From contig CAVSLV010000004.1 of assembly GCA_963728915.1 (NCBI GenBank), forward strand, positions 384,001 through 448,000: 64,000 nt of DNA. Reading direction: 5' to 3'. Of the stretch, positions 1 to 10,656 are shown piece after piece. The DNA comes from an uncultured Gemmatimonadales bacterium. GTDB taxonomy: Bacteria > Gemmatimonadota > Gemmatimonadetes > Gemmatimonadales > GWC2-71-9. Under the pieces are notes generated by a model. The model searched no databases and was not told the origin of the DNA. It saw only the letters and a list, made by a program, of their open reading frames with translations. Every line of letters begins with the position of its first letter. The first letter of the stretch is position 1. Both the position numbers and the translations under genes were made by a program.

Positions 1-375
1 ATCGGTGGTGGTGTCAAGGCTTCGGAGCAGATCGATCACGGTGCGATAGCCGGCGTCGAGGTCGCCCAGAGGCAGCTGATCCAGCCGCAACGCCACCCGC
101 ATCGAATCGAGCGTGGCGCCGGCCGCCCCGTTCATCGTCATGCCGAGCGCCATGGAGGCGCTGGTCGGGGAAAGAAAGAGATTGTCGCCGCTCGCGCCTT
201 CGCGCGCCTTGAGGAACAGAGCGAAGCCGAACCCGTTGGCCCCGGCGACCAGTTGGGATTCGGCGGCGGTGAGACTTCTTGGGAGGCCGGTGATCAGCGG
301 CGGCGGCCCCTCGGACTCCGAGGCGAGCGAGCATCCCAATCCAGCGAGCGCGATGGTCACGGCGAGCTTCCGCAT
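1..375 (-). CDS. Serpin family protein, probable lipoprotein (partial, runs off window start)
   Basis: Not in the ORF track. Manual translation from ATG at 375 gives MRKLAVTIALAGLGC...ANGFGFALF...NLFLSPTSASMALGMTMNGAAGAT, matching the serpin N-terminal NxxxSPxS..ALxM..xGAxGxT signature. Confidence 0.8.
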   Translation of the reverse strand, partial: MRKLAVTIALAGLGCSLASESEGPPPLITGLPRSLTAAESQLVAGANGFGFALFLKAREGASGDNLFLSPTSASMALGMTMNGAAGATLDSMRVALRLDQLPLGDLDAGYRTVIDLLRSLDTTTD

Positions 376-378
376 GAT

Positions 379-798
379 TCAATCCCCCAGAATCTTGATC
401 ACGACCCGCTTCCGCCGCTGGCCGTCCCATTCCCCGTAGAACACCCGCTGCCAGGGCCCGAAATCCAGCTTTCCCCTGGTGACGGGGATGATCACCTCGT
501 GCCCCACGGTGAGGCTGCGCAGGTGGGCCGCCGCGTTGTCCTCCCCGGTTTCATTGTGACGATAGCGATCCGGCGCCCACGGCGCGATGGTGTCCTCCAG
601 CCAGTGCAGGATGTCGTGCCAGAGCCCCGATTCGTGATCGTTGACGAACACCGATGCCGAAATGTGCATCGCGGACACCAGAGCGATCCCTTCCTGGATG
701 CCACTTGTTGCAAGCTCGGTCGCCACGCTCTCGGTGATGTCGATGATTTCCTGGCGCTTCCGGGTCTCGAACCAGAGGTAGTGAGTGTGCGCTTTCAT
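379..798 (-). CDS. yjbQ: YjbQ/UPF0047 family protein
   Basis: Motifs HISASVFVND, EDNAAAHL and FGPWQRVFYGEWDG. Confidence 0.9.
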   Translation of the reverse strand: MKAHTHYLWFETRKRQEIIDITESVATELATSGIQEGIALVSAMHISASVFVNDHESGLWHDILHWLEDTIAPWAPDRYRHNETGEDNAAAHLRSLTVGHEVIIPVTRGKLDFGPWQRVFYGEWDGQRRKRVVIKILGD

Positions 799-854
799 GA
801 AGCCAAAGGTAGTGGACCCTTGATCGAAGCCCCCGAAGGAAAGAAAATTCCAGG

Positions 855-3605
855 GTGCGCTTGTCGCGAGGATTGGGTGGGCGGTGCGTGGTGGCGGTCG
901 TTGCCACCGGTCTGGGGGTGGGCGTCCGGCTTCTGCTTACCCCCTGGCTTGGTGATGCCTTGCCGTTCCTCACCATTTTTCCGGCCGTCGCGGTCGCCGT
1001 CTGGTACGGGGGATTCTGGGCCGGACTGCTCGCGACGATGCTGGGGTACCTCGCCGCCGCCCTGTTCTTCATTCCTCCAGCCGGCATCCTGCTCGGCGGC
1101 TCGGAGCAGATCGTGGGCCTGATCGGCTTCCTCCTCTCCTGCGCCATCATTCTGATCTTCGGCTCCCGGATGCACCAGGCCCGGGCCCGCGCCGAGGACA
1201 ATGCGCGGGAGCTCGCCGAACAGCGCGAATGGTTCCGCACCACCCTGGCGAGCATCGGGGATGCCGTGATCACGACCGATATCACCGGCCGGGTCACGTT
1301 TCTGAATCCGATCGCGGAGCGGCTCACCGGATGGCCGGCGGAGGAAGCGGAGGGTGAGGCGCTGGCGAGGGTGTTTCCCGTCGTCGCCGAGCCGTCCGGT
1401 CAACCGGCCGTCAATCCGGTGGATCGGGTCCTCCGGGAAGGGTCCGTCGTCGGTCTCGGAAACCCCACCGAGCTGATCGCGCGGGACGGCGCCCGCCTGC
1501 CCATCGACGACAGCGCGGCGCCGATTCGGGATGCCGAGGGCCGGGTTCGCGGAATCGTGCTGGTCTTTCGCGACGCCACCGACCGAAGGAATCGCGAAGC
1601 GGAGATCCGGATGGGCGCCGCGCGGGTGCGGGCCTTCCTGGAGACCTCCCTCGACGGCATCATTACGATGGACTTTCAGGGGAACGTCCTCGAATTCAAT
1701 CCGGCCGCCGAACGTCTGTTCGGCTATTCCCGCCATGAGGCGATCGGGAAGTCGCTGGCCGATCTCATCATTCCGGAGCCGTTGCGGGAACGGCACAAGC
1801 AGGGTCTGGTTCGCTACCTCGCCACCGGTGAGGGAGCCATCCTGGATCGCCGGGTCGAAATGACTGCGCTCCGTGCCGACGGGTCCGAGGTCGCCGTCGA
1901 GCTGTCGATCACCCGGATGCTTACCCCCGGCATGCCGGTCTTCAGCGGTCACATTCGCGACATCCATGACCGGGTGAAGGCCGACCGGCGCCGGGCGGCC
2001 CGGCTTGCGGTGACGCAACGGCTCGCCGAGTCGGGTTCGCTCGAAGAAGCCGGCGTTCCCATCCTGGAAGCGATGGGGACCGGGCTCGGCTGGGATGTGG
2101 GAACGCTCTGGCTGGTGGACCAGGAACGACGGGTGCTCTGCTGCGAAACGGTATGGCACCGGGAGGGGATGCCGGGGCAAGGGTTCGAACGGGGCTCTCG
2201 CGAATTCCGGTTCCGGATTGGGGAGGGGCTGCCGGGAAGAACCTGGGCATCGGGTCGCCCCGAGTGGATTCCCGATGTGAGCAAGGACGGCAACTTCCCC
2301 CGGGCGGCCCTCGCCGTGGCGGAAGGTCTCCGGGGCGCCTTTGCGTTTCCGATCCGGATCGGCCCCCGGTTCTTCGGGATCATCGAGTTCTTCTCCTGGG
2401 AGGTCCGGGAGCCCGACCCCGACCTCCTGGAGATGGTGGAGACCCTGGGAAACCAGCTCGGTCAGGTGATGGAGCGCCGGCGCATCGAGATGGAGGCGGC
2501 AGCGGAGCTCCGGGAAGCCGACCGCCGGAAGGACGAATTCCTGGCGACGCTCTCCCACGAGCTCCGGAATCCGCTGGCGCCGCTTCGGAATGCGGTGGAG
2601 CTGCTCAAGCGCGATCCGGGGCGCCGGGGCGGGCAGCACGCCCTGCCGATCATGGAACGCCAGCTCGACCAGATGGTGCGGCTGGTGGATGACCTGCTCG
2701 AGGTGAGTCGCATAACCCGCCGCCTGCCGGAGCTCCGCAAGGCGCCGGTGACCCTCGCGGCGGTGGTGCGCAATGCGATCGAAACCAGCCGCCCCCTGAT
2801 CGAGGAGCGGCGTCACACCCTGACGGTATCCCTGCCCGAGCACCCGGTCTGGCTCGACGCCGACCTGACCCGGATGGCCCAGGTGTTCTCCAATCTCCTC
2901 AACAATGCGGCGCGGTATACCGAACCCAGCGGCCGCATCAGCCTCACCGCTCTGGCGCTTGATCGTCAGGTCGTCGTGACGGTTCGTGATACCGGAATGG
3001 GGATTCCCGCGGAGCAGCTCTCCCGGGTCTTCGACATGTTCGCCCAGGTGGATCAGTCGCTCCATCGGAGCGGGGGACTCGGGATCGGACTCACCCTGGC
3101 GCGACGCCTGGTGGAGCTTCACGGCGGCACGGTGACCGCCATGAGCGACGGGCCCGGCAAGGGAAGCGAATTCATCGTCCGGATTCCGATGGCCGCCGGT
3201 CCTCCTCCCGCGCGCCCCGTCGTTTCCTCCCGGGCTGCCGCGGCGAGGGCTCGCAAAATCCTCGTGGTGGACGACAATGAAGATGCGACCCTGACGCTCG
3301 GCGCCGTTCTCCAGCGCATGGGTCACGAAACCCGGACGGCCCTGGATGGCGCCGCTGCGGTTGAGGCCGCCGCCGCGTTCCGTCCGGAAATCATCCTGCT
3401 CGATATCGGTCTCCCGACCCTGAACGGGTATGAAGTCTGCCAGCGGATCCGGTCCCAGCCATGGGGCAAGGAGATGGCGGTCATCGCGCTGACGGGGTGG
3501 GGCCAGGAATCCGACAAGGTGCGGGCCGCGGCGGCAGGGTTCACCCTTCATCTCGTCAAACCGGTCGATCCTTCCGAGCTCGAACGACTGCTTCGCGACG
3601 TGTAG
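855..3605 (+). CDS. Hybrid sensor histidine kinase (TM sensor, 2 PAS, GAF, HisKA, HATPase, receiver)
   Basis: H-box FLATLSHELRNPL, N-box NLLNNAARY, G-boxes DTGMG and GLGIGL, C-terminal REC domain (ILVVDDN...LLDIGLP...KP). Confidence 0.92.
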   Translation: MRLSRGLGGRCVVAVVATGLGVGVRLLLTPWLGDALPFLTIFPAVAVAVWYGGFWAGLLATMLGYLAAALFFIPPAGILLGGSEQIVGLIGFLLSCAIILIFGSRMHQARARAEDNARELAEQREWFRTTLASIGDAVITTDITGRVTFLNPIAERLTGWPAEEAEGEALARVFPVVAEPSGQPAVNPVDRVLREGSVVGLGNPTELIARDGARLPIDDSAAPIRDAEGRVRGIVLVFRDATDRRNREAEIRMGAARVRAFLETSLDGIITMDFQGNVLEFNPAAERLFGYSRHEAIGKSLADLIIPEPLRERHKQGLVRYLATGEGAILDRRVEMTALRADGSEVAVELSITRMLTPGMPVFSGHIRDIHDRVKADRRRAARLAVTQRLAESGSLEEAGVPILEAMGTGLGWDVGTLWLVDQERRVLCCETVWHREGMPGQGFERGSREFRFRIGEGLPGRTWASGRPEWIPDVSKDGNFPRAALAVAEGLRGAFAFPIRIGPRFFGIIEFFSWEVREPDPDLLEMVETLGNQLGQVMERRRIEMEAAAELREADRRKDEFLATLSHELRNPLAPLRNAVELLKRDPGRRGGQHALPIMERQLDQMVRLVDDLLEVSRITRRLPELRKAPVTLAAVVRNAIETSRPLIEERRHTLTVSLPEHPVWLDADLTRMAQVFSNLLNNAARYTEPSGRISLTALALDRQVVVTVRDTGMGIPAEQLSRVFDMFAQVDQSLHRSGGLGIGLTLARRLVELHGGTVTAMSDGPGKGSEFIVRIPMAAGPPPARPVVSSRAAAARARKILVVDDNEDATLTLGAVLQRMGHETRTALDGAAAVEAAAAFRPEIILLDIGLPTLNGYEVCQRIRSQPWGKEMAVIALTGWGQESDKVRAAAAGFTLHLVKPVDPSELERLLRDV

Positions 3606-3674
3606 CGACCGCCCCTCGCTCGAGCGTCTCCGTTGGTTGGAACGCCGTCCCGTCCGCAGTGCTCTGGAGCTCGT

Positions 3675-4775
3675 GTGCGCATAGCCCAAGTCGCCCCGTT
3701 GTACGAGCGCGTCCCCCCGCACCTCTATGGCGGGACCGAGCGCGTGGTCGCCTGGTTGACCGACGAGCTGGTTCGCCAGGGCCACGACGTGACTCTCTTC
3801 GCGAGCGGAGATTCCGACACCGCCGCGCGACTGGTCCCCTGCGCGCCGCGATCGTTGCGGCTCGATGACCAATCGGTCGACCGCCTCGCCCATCACATCC
3901 TGCTTCTCGAGGAGGTCGCCCGCCGGGTCGACGAGTTCGATTTGCTCCACTGGCACATCGACTACCTCCATTATCCCCTGAGCCGCCGGTTGGGCCGTCC
4001 GAACCTCACCACGCTCCATGGCCGGCTCGACATTCCCGACCTGGTGCCGCTCTATCGTGAGTTCGACGAGGTGCCGGTGGTCTCGATCTCCGATAGTCAG
4101 CGTGGCCCGGTTCCCGCCGCGAACTGGATCGGCACGGTGCACCACGGCGTGCCCCGGGACCTGCATCGCCCGGGAGACGGCGGAGGCCGGTACCTGGCCT
4201 TTCTCGGCAGGATTTCTCCCGAGAAGCGGGTCGACCGTGCCATCGAGATTGCCCGCCGGTCCGGGTGGCCGCTTCGGATTGCCGCGAAGGTGGATCCGGT
4301 CGATCGGGTCTACTTCGAGACGGAGATCCGGGCCCTGCTGGATGCTCCCCACGTGGAATTTCTGGGAGAGATCGCCGAAGAGGAGAAGGAGGCTTTTCTG
4401 GGCGGGGCCGCCGCCCTGCTCTTTCCCATCGACTGGATGGAGCCGTTCGGGCTGGTCATGATCGAGAGCCTCGCGTGCGGCACCCCGGTCGTGGCCTGGC
4501 GTCAGGGAGCAGTACCGGAGATCATCGAGCATGCGGTGACCGGATTCACGGTCCACACCGTGGCCGAGGCGGCCGCCGCGGTGGGCCGGCTCGGGAGGAT
4601 CAGCCGGTCCCGCTGCCGGGAAGAATTCGAGCGACGGTTCACCGCCGATCGCATGGCCCGCGACTATGTCGCGCTCTACGAACGCCTCTCGGGCGAGCGG
4701 ACCGGATCCACCCCGTTCCGGCAGCGCCCACGGAGCCCTACCCGATGGCCCGAACAACCAGCCATCCAGGCATGA
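3675..4775 (+). CDS. Glycosyltransferase family 4
   Basis: RIAQVAPLYERVPP..YGGTERV and EPFGLVMIESLACGTPV motifs; GTG start inferred. Confidence 0.9.
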   Translation: MRIAQVAPLYERVPPHLYGGTERVVAWLTDELVRQGHDVTLFASGDSDTAARLVPCAPRSLRLDDQSVDRLAHHILLLEEVARRVDEFDLLHWHIDYLHYPLSRRLGRPNLTTLHGRLDIPDLVPLYREFDEVPVVSISDSQRGPVPAANWIGTVHHGVPRDLHRPGDGGGRYLAFLGRISPEKRVDRAIEIARRSGWPLRIAAKVDPVDRVYFETEIRALLDAPHVEFLGEIAEEEKEAFLGGAAALLFPIDWMEPFGLVMIESLACGTPVVAWRQGAVPEIIEHAVTGFTVHTVAEAAAAVGRLGRISRSRCREEFERRFTADRMARDYVALYERLSGERTGSTPFRQRPRSPTRWPEQPAIQA

Positions 4776-6959
4776 AGCCGGACACCCTCGATGTCTCCGA
4801 CATCGTCGAGATCGGCGACCAGTACTACATCCTGGCCACCTCGATCCTGGCGCAGCACCAGGACCGCGTGCTCAAGCACGACGATACCTTCGCGCTGTTC
4901 GACCGGTTCGGCGACATCAAGCCGGTGGGACGCGGGGAGGAGGGTCTGTTCTCCCACGGTACCCGGTTTCTCTCCCGGCTGCTGGTGCGGGTCGGGCGGG
5001 ATCGGCCGATGCTGCTGAGCTCCCGGGTCAAGGAAGACAACGGCCTTCTCGCCATCGACCTCACCAACTTTGACGTGGCCCCCCGCGGCAAGCTCGAGGT
5101 CCAGCGGGGGACGGTGTATCTGGCCCGGACCATCCTGCTCTGGGACGGGGTCTGCTACGAGCGGCTTTCGGTCCGGAACTTCAGCCGGAAACCGGTTGAG
5201 CTCGAGCTGGTCGTGAGCTTCGACGCCGACTATATGGACATCTTCGAAGTGCGGGGGCTGCAGCGCCGGGAGCGGGGAACCCGTCTCCCCACCCGGGTCG
5301 ACGGGAACGTCGCCGTGTTAGGATACCGGGGGCTGGACGGTGTCGAGCGCCGGACCCGGATCACCGTGACCCCTCCACCCGCTGCGCTGCACCCCGGCGA
5401 GGCCCGCCTCCCGGTTCGGCTCGAGCCCCGGGGCGAGGTGACCTACTGGCTGACGGTGGCGTGCGAGCTGGCCGGCCAGACACCGACTCCGCTCCCCTTC
5501 GCCACCGCGCTCGACCGGGCCACCGAGTGCCTTCAGAACCGGAGCCGGTCCGGCTGCGGCATCCTCACCTCGAACGAGCAGTTCAACGACTGGCTCTCCC
5601 GGAGCCGGGCCGACCTCGCCCTGATGATCACGGATACCGCGGACGGACCCTATCCCTACGCGGGGATTCCCTGGTTCAGCACCCCGTTCGGACGCGATGC
5701 CCTGATCACCGCGCTGGAGTCGCTCTGGGTCAAGCCCGATCTTGCCCGCGGGGTGCTCCGCTTCCTGGCCCTGCGACAGGCCGACCGGACCATCCCGGTG
5801 CAGGACGCTCAGCCCGGCAAGATTCTCCATGAGCTCCGGAGCGGGGAAATGGCGGCGCTCGGCGAGGTCCCGTTCGCCGCCTACTATGGCAGCCATGACT
5901 CGACCCCGCTCTTCGTGATGCTCGCCGCCGCCTACTATGAGCGCACCGGTGACCGGGCCTTCACCGAGTGGATCTGGCCCCACGTGGAACGGGCCCTCGG
6001 CTGGATCGAACGGGATGCCGATCCGGATGGTGATGGCTTTCTCGAATATCTGCGGCAATCGCCCGAAGGACTGGTGCAGCAGGGCTGGAAGGATTCCTCC
6101 GATTCGGTCTGGCATCAGGATGGGCACCTGGCCGAGGGCTCGATCGCGCTCTGTGAGCTTCAGGCCTACGCGTACGCGTCGTGGCGCGGCGGGGCCGAGC
6201 TGGCCCGGGCGCTGGGACTCGAGGAGGCGGCCCGGCGGTATGACCGCAAAGCGGAACAGCTGCGGGAACGATTCGAATCGGTCTTCTGGTCCGAGCCGCT
6301 TGGCACCTACGCGCTGGCGCTGGACGGGCAGAAGCGTCCCTGCCTGGTGCGAAGCTCGAATGCGGGACACACCCTGCTCTGCGGCATCGCGTCGCCGCGA
6401 GCGGGCTGCCCGGGTGACCCGGACGCTGCTCGCGGCCGACAGCTTCTCGGGCTGGGGAATCCGGACCGTGGCGAACACCGAAGCCCGCTACAACCCGATG
6501 TCCTACCACAACGGATCGGTCTGGCCCCACGACAACGCGTTGGTCGGTTTCGGGATGAGCCGGTACGGATTTCACGAGGCGGCGCTCACCCTGCTGGGGG
6601 GCCTGTTCGACGCGAGCCTGTTCGTCGAGCTGCACCGGCTTCCCGAGCTGTTCTGCGGGTTCCATCGGCGCGACGGCGAAGGGCCGACGCTCTACCCGGT
6701 GGCCTGCTCGCCGCAGAGCTGGGCCGCGGGGGCTTCGTTCCTCCTGCTCCAGGCCGCGCTCGGCCTCGAGATCCGCGCCCCGGAACGCCTGGTTCGCCTC
6801 CACCACGCCAGGCTTCCTCCTTTTCTCGATGAAGTGCGGCTGACCAGCCTGCAGGTGGGAGACGCCGAGCTGGACCTCGCGGTGAGCCGGCAGCCCCAGG
6901 GCGTGGTGGTGAGCGTAACCCGCAAGTCCGGCGACGTGGAGGTTACTCTGGTTCCCTGA
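4772..6959 (+). CDS. Amylo-alpha-1,6-glucosidase / glycogen debranching family protein, apparent frameshift near 6398
   Basis: AGIPWFSTPFGRD, QPGKILHE and QGWKDS lie in the 4265 frame; YNPMSYHNGSVWPHDN and YPVACSPQSWA continue in the 5937 frame. Confidence 0.85.
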
Positions 6960-7881
6960 CCCCGGCTCGCGAGGCGAGCAGGGACACGACGACCCCGAGC
7001 GCCAGCAGCCCGAGCACCACGGCGAGGGACACCGGGGTCGAGAGGCGAATCCACGCCGAGGTCAGCATCTTGAGCCCGACGAACACCAGGATGGTGGCCA
7101 CCGCCGGCTTGAGATAGACGAATCGGTCCATCGCTCCGGCCAGGAGAAAGAACAGGGCGCGGAGTCCCAGGATGGCGAAGACATTCGAGCTGAAGACCAC
7201 GAGCGGGTCCCGGGTGATCGCGAAGATGGCGGGGATGCTGTCGATCGCGAAGACCAGGTCGCTCCATTCCACCACCAGGAGCACCAGCAGCAACGGGGTG
7301 GCCAGGCGGCCCGCCCCGGTCCGGGTGAAGAATCGGGGGCCGTCATAGCTCTCGCTCACCGGGAGCATCCGCCTGGCAAGCTGCACCAGCGGGTTCTTCT
7401 CGGGCTCGAGCCGGTTCTCGGAGGAGCTCCAGTAGAATCGGATCCCGGTCACCACGATGATCGCGCCGAACACGTAGGCGATCCAGTGGAACCGCGCGAG
7501 CAGGAGCGCGCCGAATCCGATCATCACGCCCCGCATCGCGATCGCCCCGATGATGCCCCACTTGAGCACCCTGGCCTGGAGGGCAGGCGGGAGCGCGAAA
7601 TACCGGAAGATGAGAAGGAACACGAAGAGGTTGTCGACGCTGAGCGACAACTCGACCAGGTAGCCGGTGTAGTACTCGAGCGCCGGTGGGAACCCGACTT
7701 CGCGCCACAGGAAGAGCCCGAACCCCAGCGCGATGACCACGAGCCCGGCACTCCAGAGCCCGGCCTCCCGCAGCGACAGCGCGTGCGCCCGGCGATTGAG
7801 GACGCCGAGATCCAGCACCAGGAGCCCGAGCACCAGGCCGCTGAATGCCAGCCAGACCCAGGGGTCGTGAAGGGTGGTCAC
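6943..7881 (-). CDS. TerC/Alx family membrane protein
   Basis: ELSLSVDNLFVF, DLVFAIDSIPAIFAIT and SNVFAILGLR motifs; GTG start overlaps upstream stop. Confidence 0.92.
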   Translation of the reverse strand: MTTLHDPWVWLAFSGLVLGLLVLDLGVLNRRAHALSLREAGLWSAGLVVIALGFGLFLWREVGFPPALEYYTGYLVELSLSVDNLFVFLLIFRYFALPPALQARVLKWGIIGAIAMRGVMIGFGALLLARFHWIAYVFGAIIVVTGIRFYWSSSENRLEPEKNPLVQLARRMLPVSESYDGPRFFTRTGAGRLATPLLLVLLVVEWSDLVFAIDSIPAIFAITRDPLVVFSSNVFAILGLRALFFLLAGAMDRFVYLKPAVATILVFVGLKMLTSAWIRLSTPVSLAVVLGLLALGVVVSLLASRAGVREPE

Positions 7882-8879
7882 AGGGTGAGCACCGCCGCCC
7901 CCTCGATCCGTCCCGCGCGCAGATCGTCCAGCGCCTGGTTGGCGGACTCGAGGGGGTAGCGCGTGATGGTGGGCCTGAGCCCGAATCGCGCGGCCACATC
8001 CAGGAATTCGCTGCCATCCTGCCGGGTCAGGTTGGCCACCGATCGTAACACGCGCTCCCGCCAGAGCAGCTCGTAGGGAAACGCCGGGATGTCGGTCATA
8101 TGGATCCCGGCGCAGACGACCGTCCCCCCGGGCTGGACCGCCTGGAGCGCCCGGGGGACCAGCGCGCCCACCGGCGCGAAGATGATGGCGGCGTGGAGCT
8201 GTTCTGGCGGCGATTCCCCGGAGGAGCCCGCCCAGATCGCTCCAAGACTCCGGGCAAACTCCTGGCTGGCCGTGTCTCCTGACCGGGTGAACGCGAACAC
8301 CCTCCGGCCCTGCGCGACCGCCAGCTGGGCCAGGAGATGAGCCGCCGCGCCGAAGCCGTACAGTCCGAGTCGCTCGCCCGACCCGGCCAGACGATAGGCG
8401 CGATACCCGATCAACCCGGCGCACAGCAACGGGGCCTGATGGGCCGGGTCCGGTGAGGATGGCAGGGGAAAACAGAATCGCGCGTCGGCCACGGTGCAGT
8501 CCGCGTAACCGCCGTCGATCTGATACCCGGTGAACCGGGCATTCGGGCAGAGATTCTCCCGTCCACCCCGACACCATTCGCAGATTCCGCAGGTCCACCC
8601 GAGCCAGGGAATCCCCACTCGCTGGCCAACCTGCAGGCTCGCCACCGCCTCGCCGGCGGCGGCGACCACGCCGACGATTTCGTGCCCCGGGACCAGCGGG
8701 AGTTTTGGATCGGGAAGCTCACCGTCCACGACATGGAGGTCGGTTCGGCATACCCCGCAGGCTTCGATCCGGACCAGGACCTGATCCCGCCCCGGCACAG
8801 GGGCCGGAATTTCCGTCGGCTCGAGCGCCCTGCCAGGAGCTCGCAGAACCATGGCCTGCATGCCGCCCCCCGGTCTCAC
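7878..8879 (-). CDS. Zinc-dependent alcohol dehydrogenase
   Basis: CGVCRTD, GHEIVG, structural Zn CxxCxxC...C and GLYGFG motifs. Confidence 0.93.
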   Translation of the reverse strand: MRPGGGMQAMVLRAPGRALEPTEIPAPVPGRDQVLVRIEACGVCRTDLHVVDGELPDPKLPLVPGHEIVGVVAAAGEAVASLQVGQRVGIPWLGWTCGICEWCRGGRENLCPNARFTGYQIDGGYADCTVADARFCFPLPSSPDPAHQAPLLCAGLIGYRAYRLAGSGERLGLYGFGAAAHLLAQLAVAQGRRVFAFTRSGDTASQEFARSLGAIWAGSSGESPPEQLHAAIIFAPVGALVPRALQAVQPGGTVVCAGIHMTDIPAFPYELLWRERVLRSVANLTRQDGSEFLDVAARFGLRPTITRYPLESANQALDDLRAGRIEGAAVLTL

Positions 8880-10132
8880 CAGGGTGCCTCGGCGACATGC
8901 ACCGGGTCATCGAGGCGGATGGCCCGCGCCTCCGAACCGGTCGGCGTTTCGTGCTGGCCTTCCGGAATGATCAGGAGGGCGTTGGCCCTGGCCATCGAGG
9001 TGAGAATGCCGGACCCTTGCGGCCCGGTCAGCCTCACGGACCGTGGTCCCGTGCCGTCTTCACTCACGATCGCGCGCAGAAAATGCTGGAGCTTGGGCCC
9101 GACCGTGATCGGTTCGGCCACTCGAACCGGAACGGTGCGCCGGAACGCCAGGCGCTGCCCCATCATTTTCCGGATCGCCGGCCGGACGAACAGCTCGAAG
9201 GTCACCATCGTGCTCACCGGGTTCCCGGGAAGGCCGATCCAGGGGATGTCCCGGAGCACCCCGAAGCCGACCGGGGCGCCCGGCCGCATCCGCAGCTTCC
9301 AGAACCGGAGCTCGGCGCCGAGGTCGGTGAGGACCGCTCGGAGATAGTCGTGCTCGCCCACGCTGATCCCGGCCGTGGTCACCAGCAGGTCGCACTCGAG
9401 GCCGCGGGTTAGGTGCTCCCGCAGGCTCTCCGGCCGGTCCGCCGCGATTCCCAGGTCCACCGGGGTCCCGCCGGCCTGGCGCACCAGGGCGATCAGGGTG
9501 TGGGTATTCGAGCTCGCGATCTTCCGACCCGCCAGGATCTCCTCGGGCCGGTCCAGCCCGGCGATCTCGTCGCCGCTTCCCAGGATCCCCACCCGGGGTC
9601 GCCGGGTGACCACCGGGAACCCGATCGCCAGCGACGCCAGCACGCCGAGCTGGGCGGGGCCCAGCTCGGTGCCGGCGTCGAGCACCGTCTCCCCGGCCCG
9701 GATGTCCTCTCCCGCTCTCCGGATATTGACCCCACCATCGCGGTCGTTGATGATCTCGACTGTCTGTCCGCCCGTCCGCGTGTCCTCCTGCCGGATCACC
9801 GAATCGGCGCCCTCGGGGAGCGGCGCGCCGGTGAAGATCCGGGCGCATTCGCCCGGGCCGATGACACAGGTGGGGAACCCGCCCGCCGGAATGACCTCCA
9901 CGATCCGGAGCGTGCGGGGCGCATCCGCCCGCGCCCCGCGAACATCCTCCGCCCGGGCGGCGTACCCGTCCATCGCCGAGTTGGTCCACGGTGGGACGTT
10001 CATGGGGCTCACGACCGGCTCGGCGAGGATGGAGCCCAGCGCGTCGTCGAGCGGCAGTCGGAGGGGAGGCTGGGGACGAACCTCGGAGAGGATCCGGCCG
10101 GCGGCCTCTCCCGGGGCGAGCGGATGGGTCAC
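8876..10132 (-). CDS. moeA: Molybdopterin molybdenumtransferase
   Basis: SAMDGYA, IFTGAPLPEGADSV and GLPGNPVS motifs; GTG start at 10132 overlaps mobB stop. Confidence 0.93.
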   Translation of the reverse strand: MTHPLAPGEAAGRILSEVRPQPPLRLPLDDALGSILAEPVVSPMNVPPWTNSAMDGYAARAEDVRGARADAPRTLRIVEVIPAGGFPTCVIGPGECARIFTGAPLPEGADSVIRQEDTRTGGQTVEIINDRDGGVNIRRAGEDIRAGETVLDAGTELGPAQLGVLASLAIGFPVVTRRPRVGILGSGDEIAGLDRPEEILAGRKIASSNTHTLIALVRQAGGTPVDLGIAADRPESLREHLTRGLECDLLVTTAGISVGEHDYLRAVLTDLGAELRFWKLRMRPGAPVGFGVLRDIPWIGLPGNPVSTMVTFELFVRPAIRKMMGQRLAFRRTVPVRVAEPITVGPKLQHFLRAIVSEDGTGPRSVRLTGPQGSGILTSMARANALLIIPEGQHETPTGSEARAIRLDDPVHVAEAPW

Positions 10133-10656
10133 AGGACCAGCGGCTTGGCGTGCTCCGAAATCAGAACGGTGAGCAGGGTGAGCCACATCGTATCCGAGAA
10201 TCTGAGCACCCGGCAGGGCGCGTCGTATCGAGGATCGTCGGTCATGATCGCGATCCACTCGTCGGCATTCTCGGCGTGCGGGTTAAACAGCGGGGCGGGC
10301 GCGACCGAGCGGCGGAAGACTTCGATCTTGGGCAGCGGGGCCGTCTTGAACCCCTCGACGATCACCAGATCCATGTCGCTGAAGTAGCGCCGGGCCAGCT
10401 CCTCGGGTCCGGCCTCGTCGGCCCGCCGCTCGAAGCTCACCCGGAGATCGGGCGAGGCCACCACCACCCCGTCGGCCTTGCCCTCGTGCCAGTGCCGCCA
10501 GGAGTCGGTCCCCTGCCGATCCACGTCGAGGGGATGGCTGGCGTGCTTGATCGTGCCGACCCGGTGCTTCTGCCGCTTGAGCTCGTGGGTGAGGGCGCAG
10601 ACCAGGGTCGTCTTCCCGGCGTTCTTGTGGCCGATCACGGAGACGATGCGGGTCAC
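10129..10656 (-). CDS. mobB: Molybdopterin-guanine dinucleotide biosynthesis protein B
   Basis: GHKNAGKTT P-loop, IKH, D..G.DSWRH and DLVIVEGFK motifs. Confidence 0.88.
   Translation of the reverse strand: MTRIVSVIGHKNAGKTTLVCALTHELKRQKHRVGTIKHASHPLDVDRQGTDSWRHWHEGKADGVVVASPDLRVSFERRADEAGPEELARRYFSDMDLVIVEGFKTAPLPKIEVFRRSVAPAPLFNPHAENADEWIAIMTDDPRYDAPCRVLRFSDTMWLTLLTVLISEHAKPLVL

Noticed and set aside
795..4757. 1320-aa minus-strand ORF and other long antisense ORFs (e.g. 34205-36286, 47066-48793, 60527-62530)
   Set aside because: They are shadows of well-supported opposite-strand genes in GC-rich DNA and carry no recognisable motifs.
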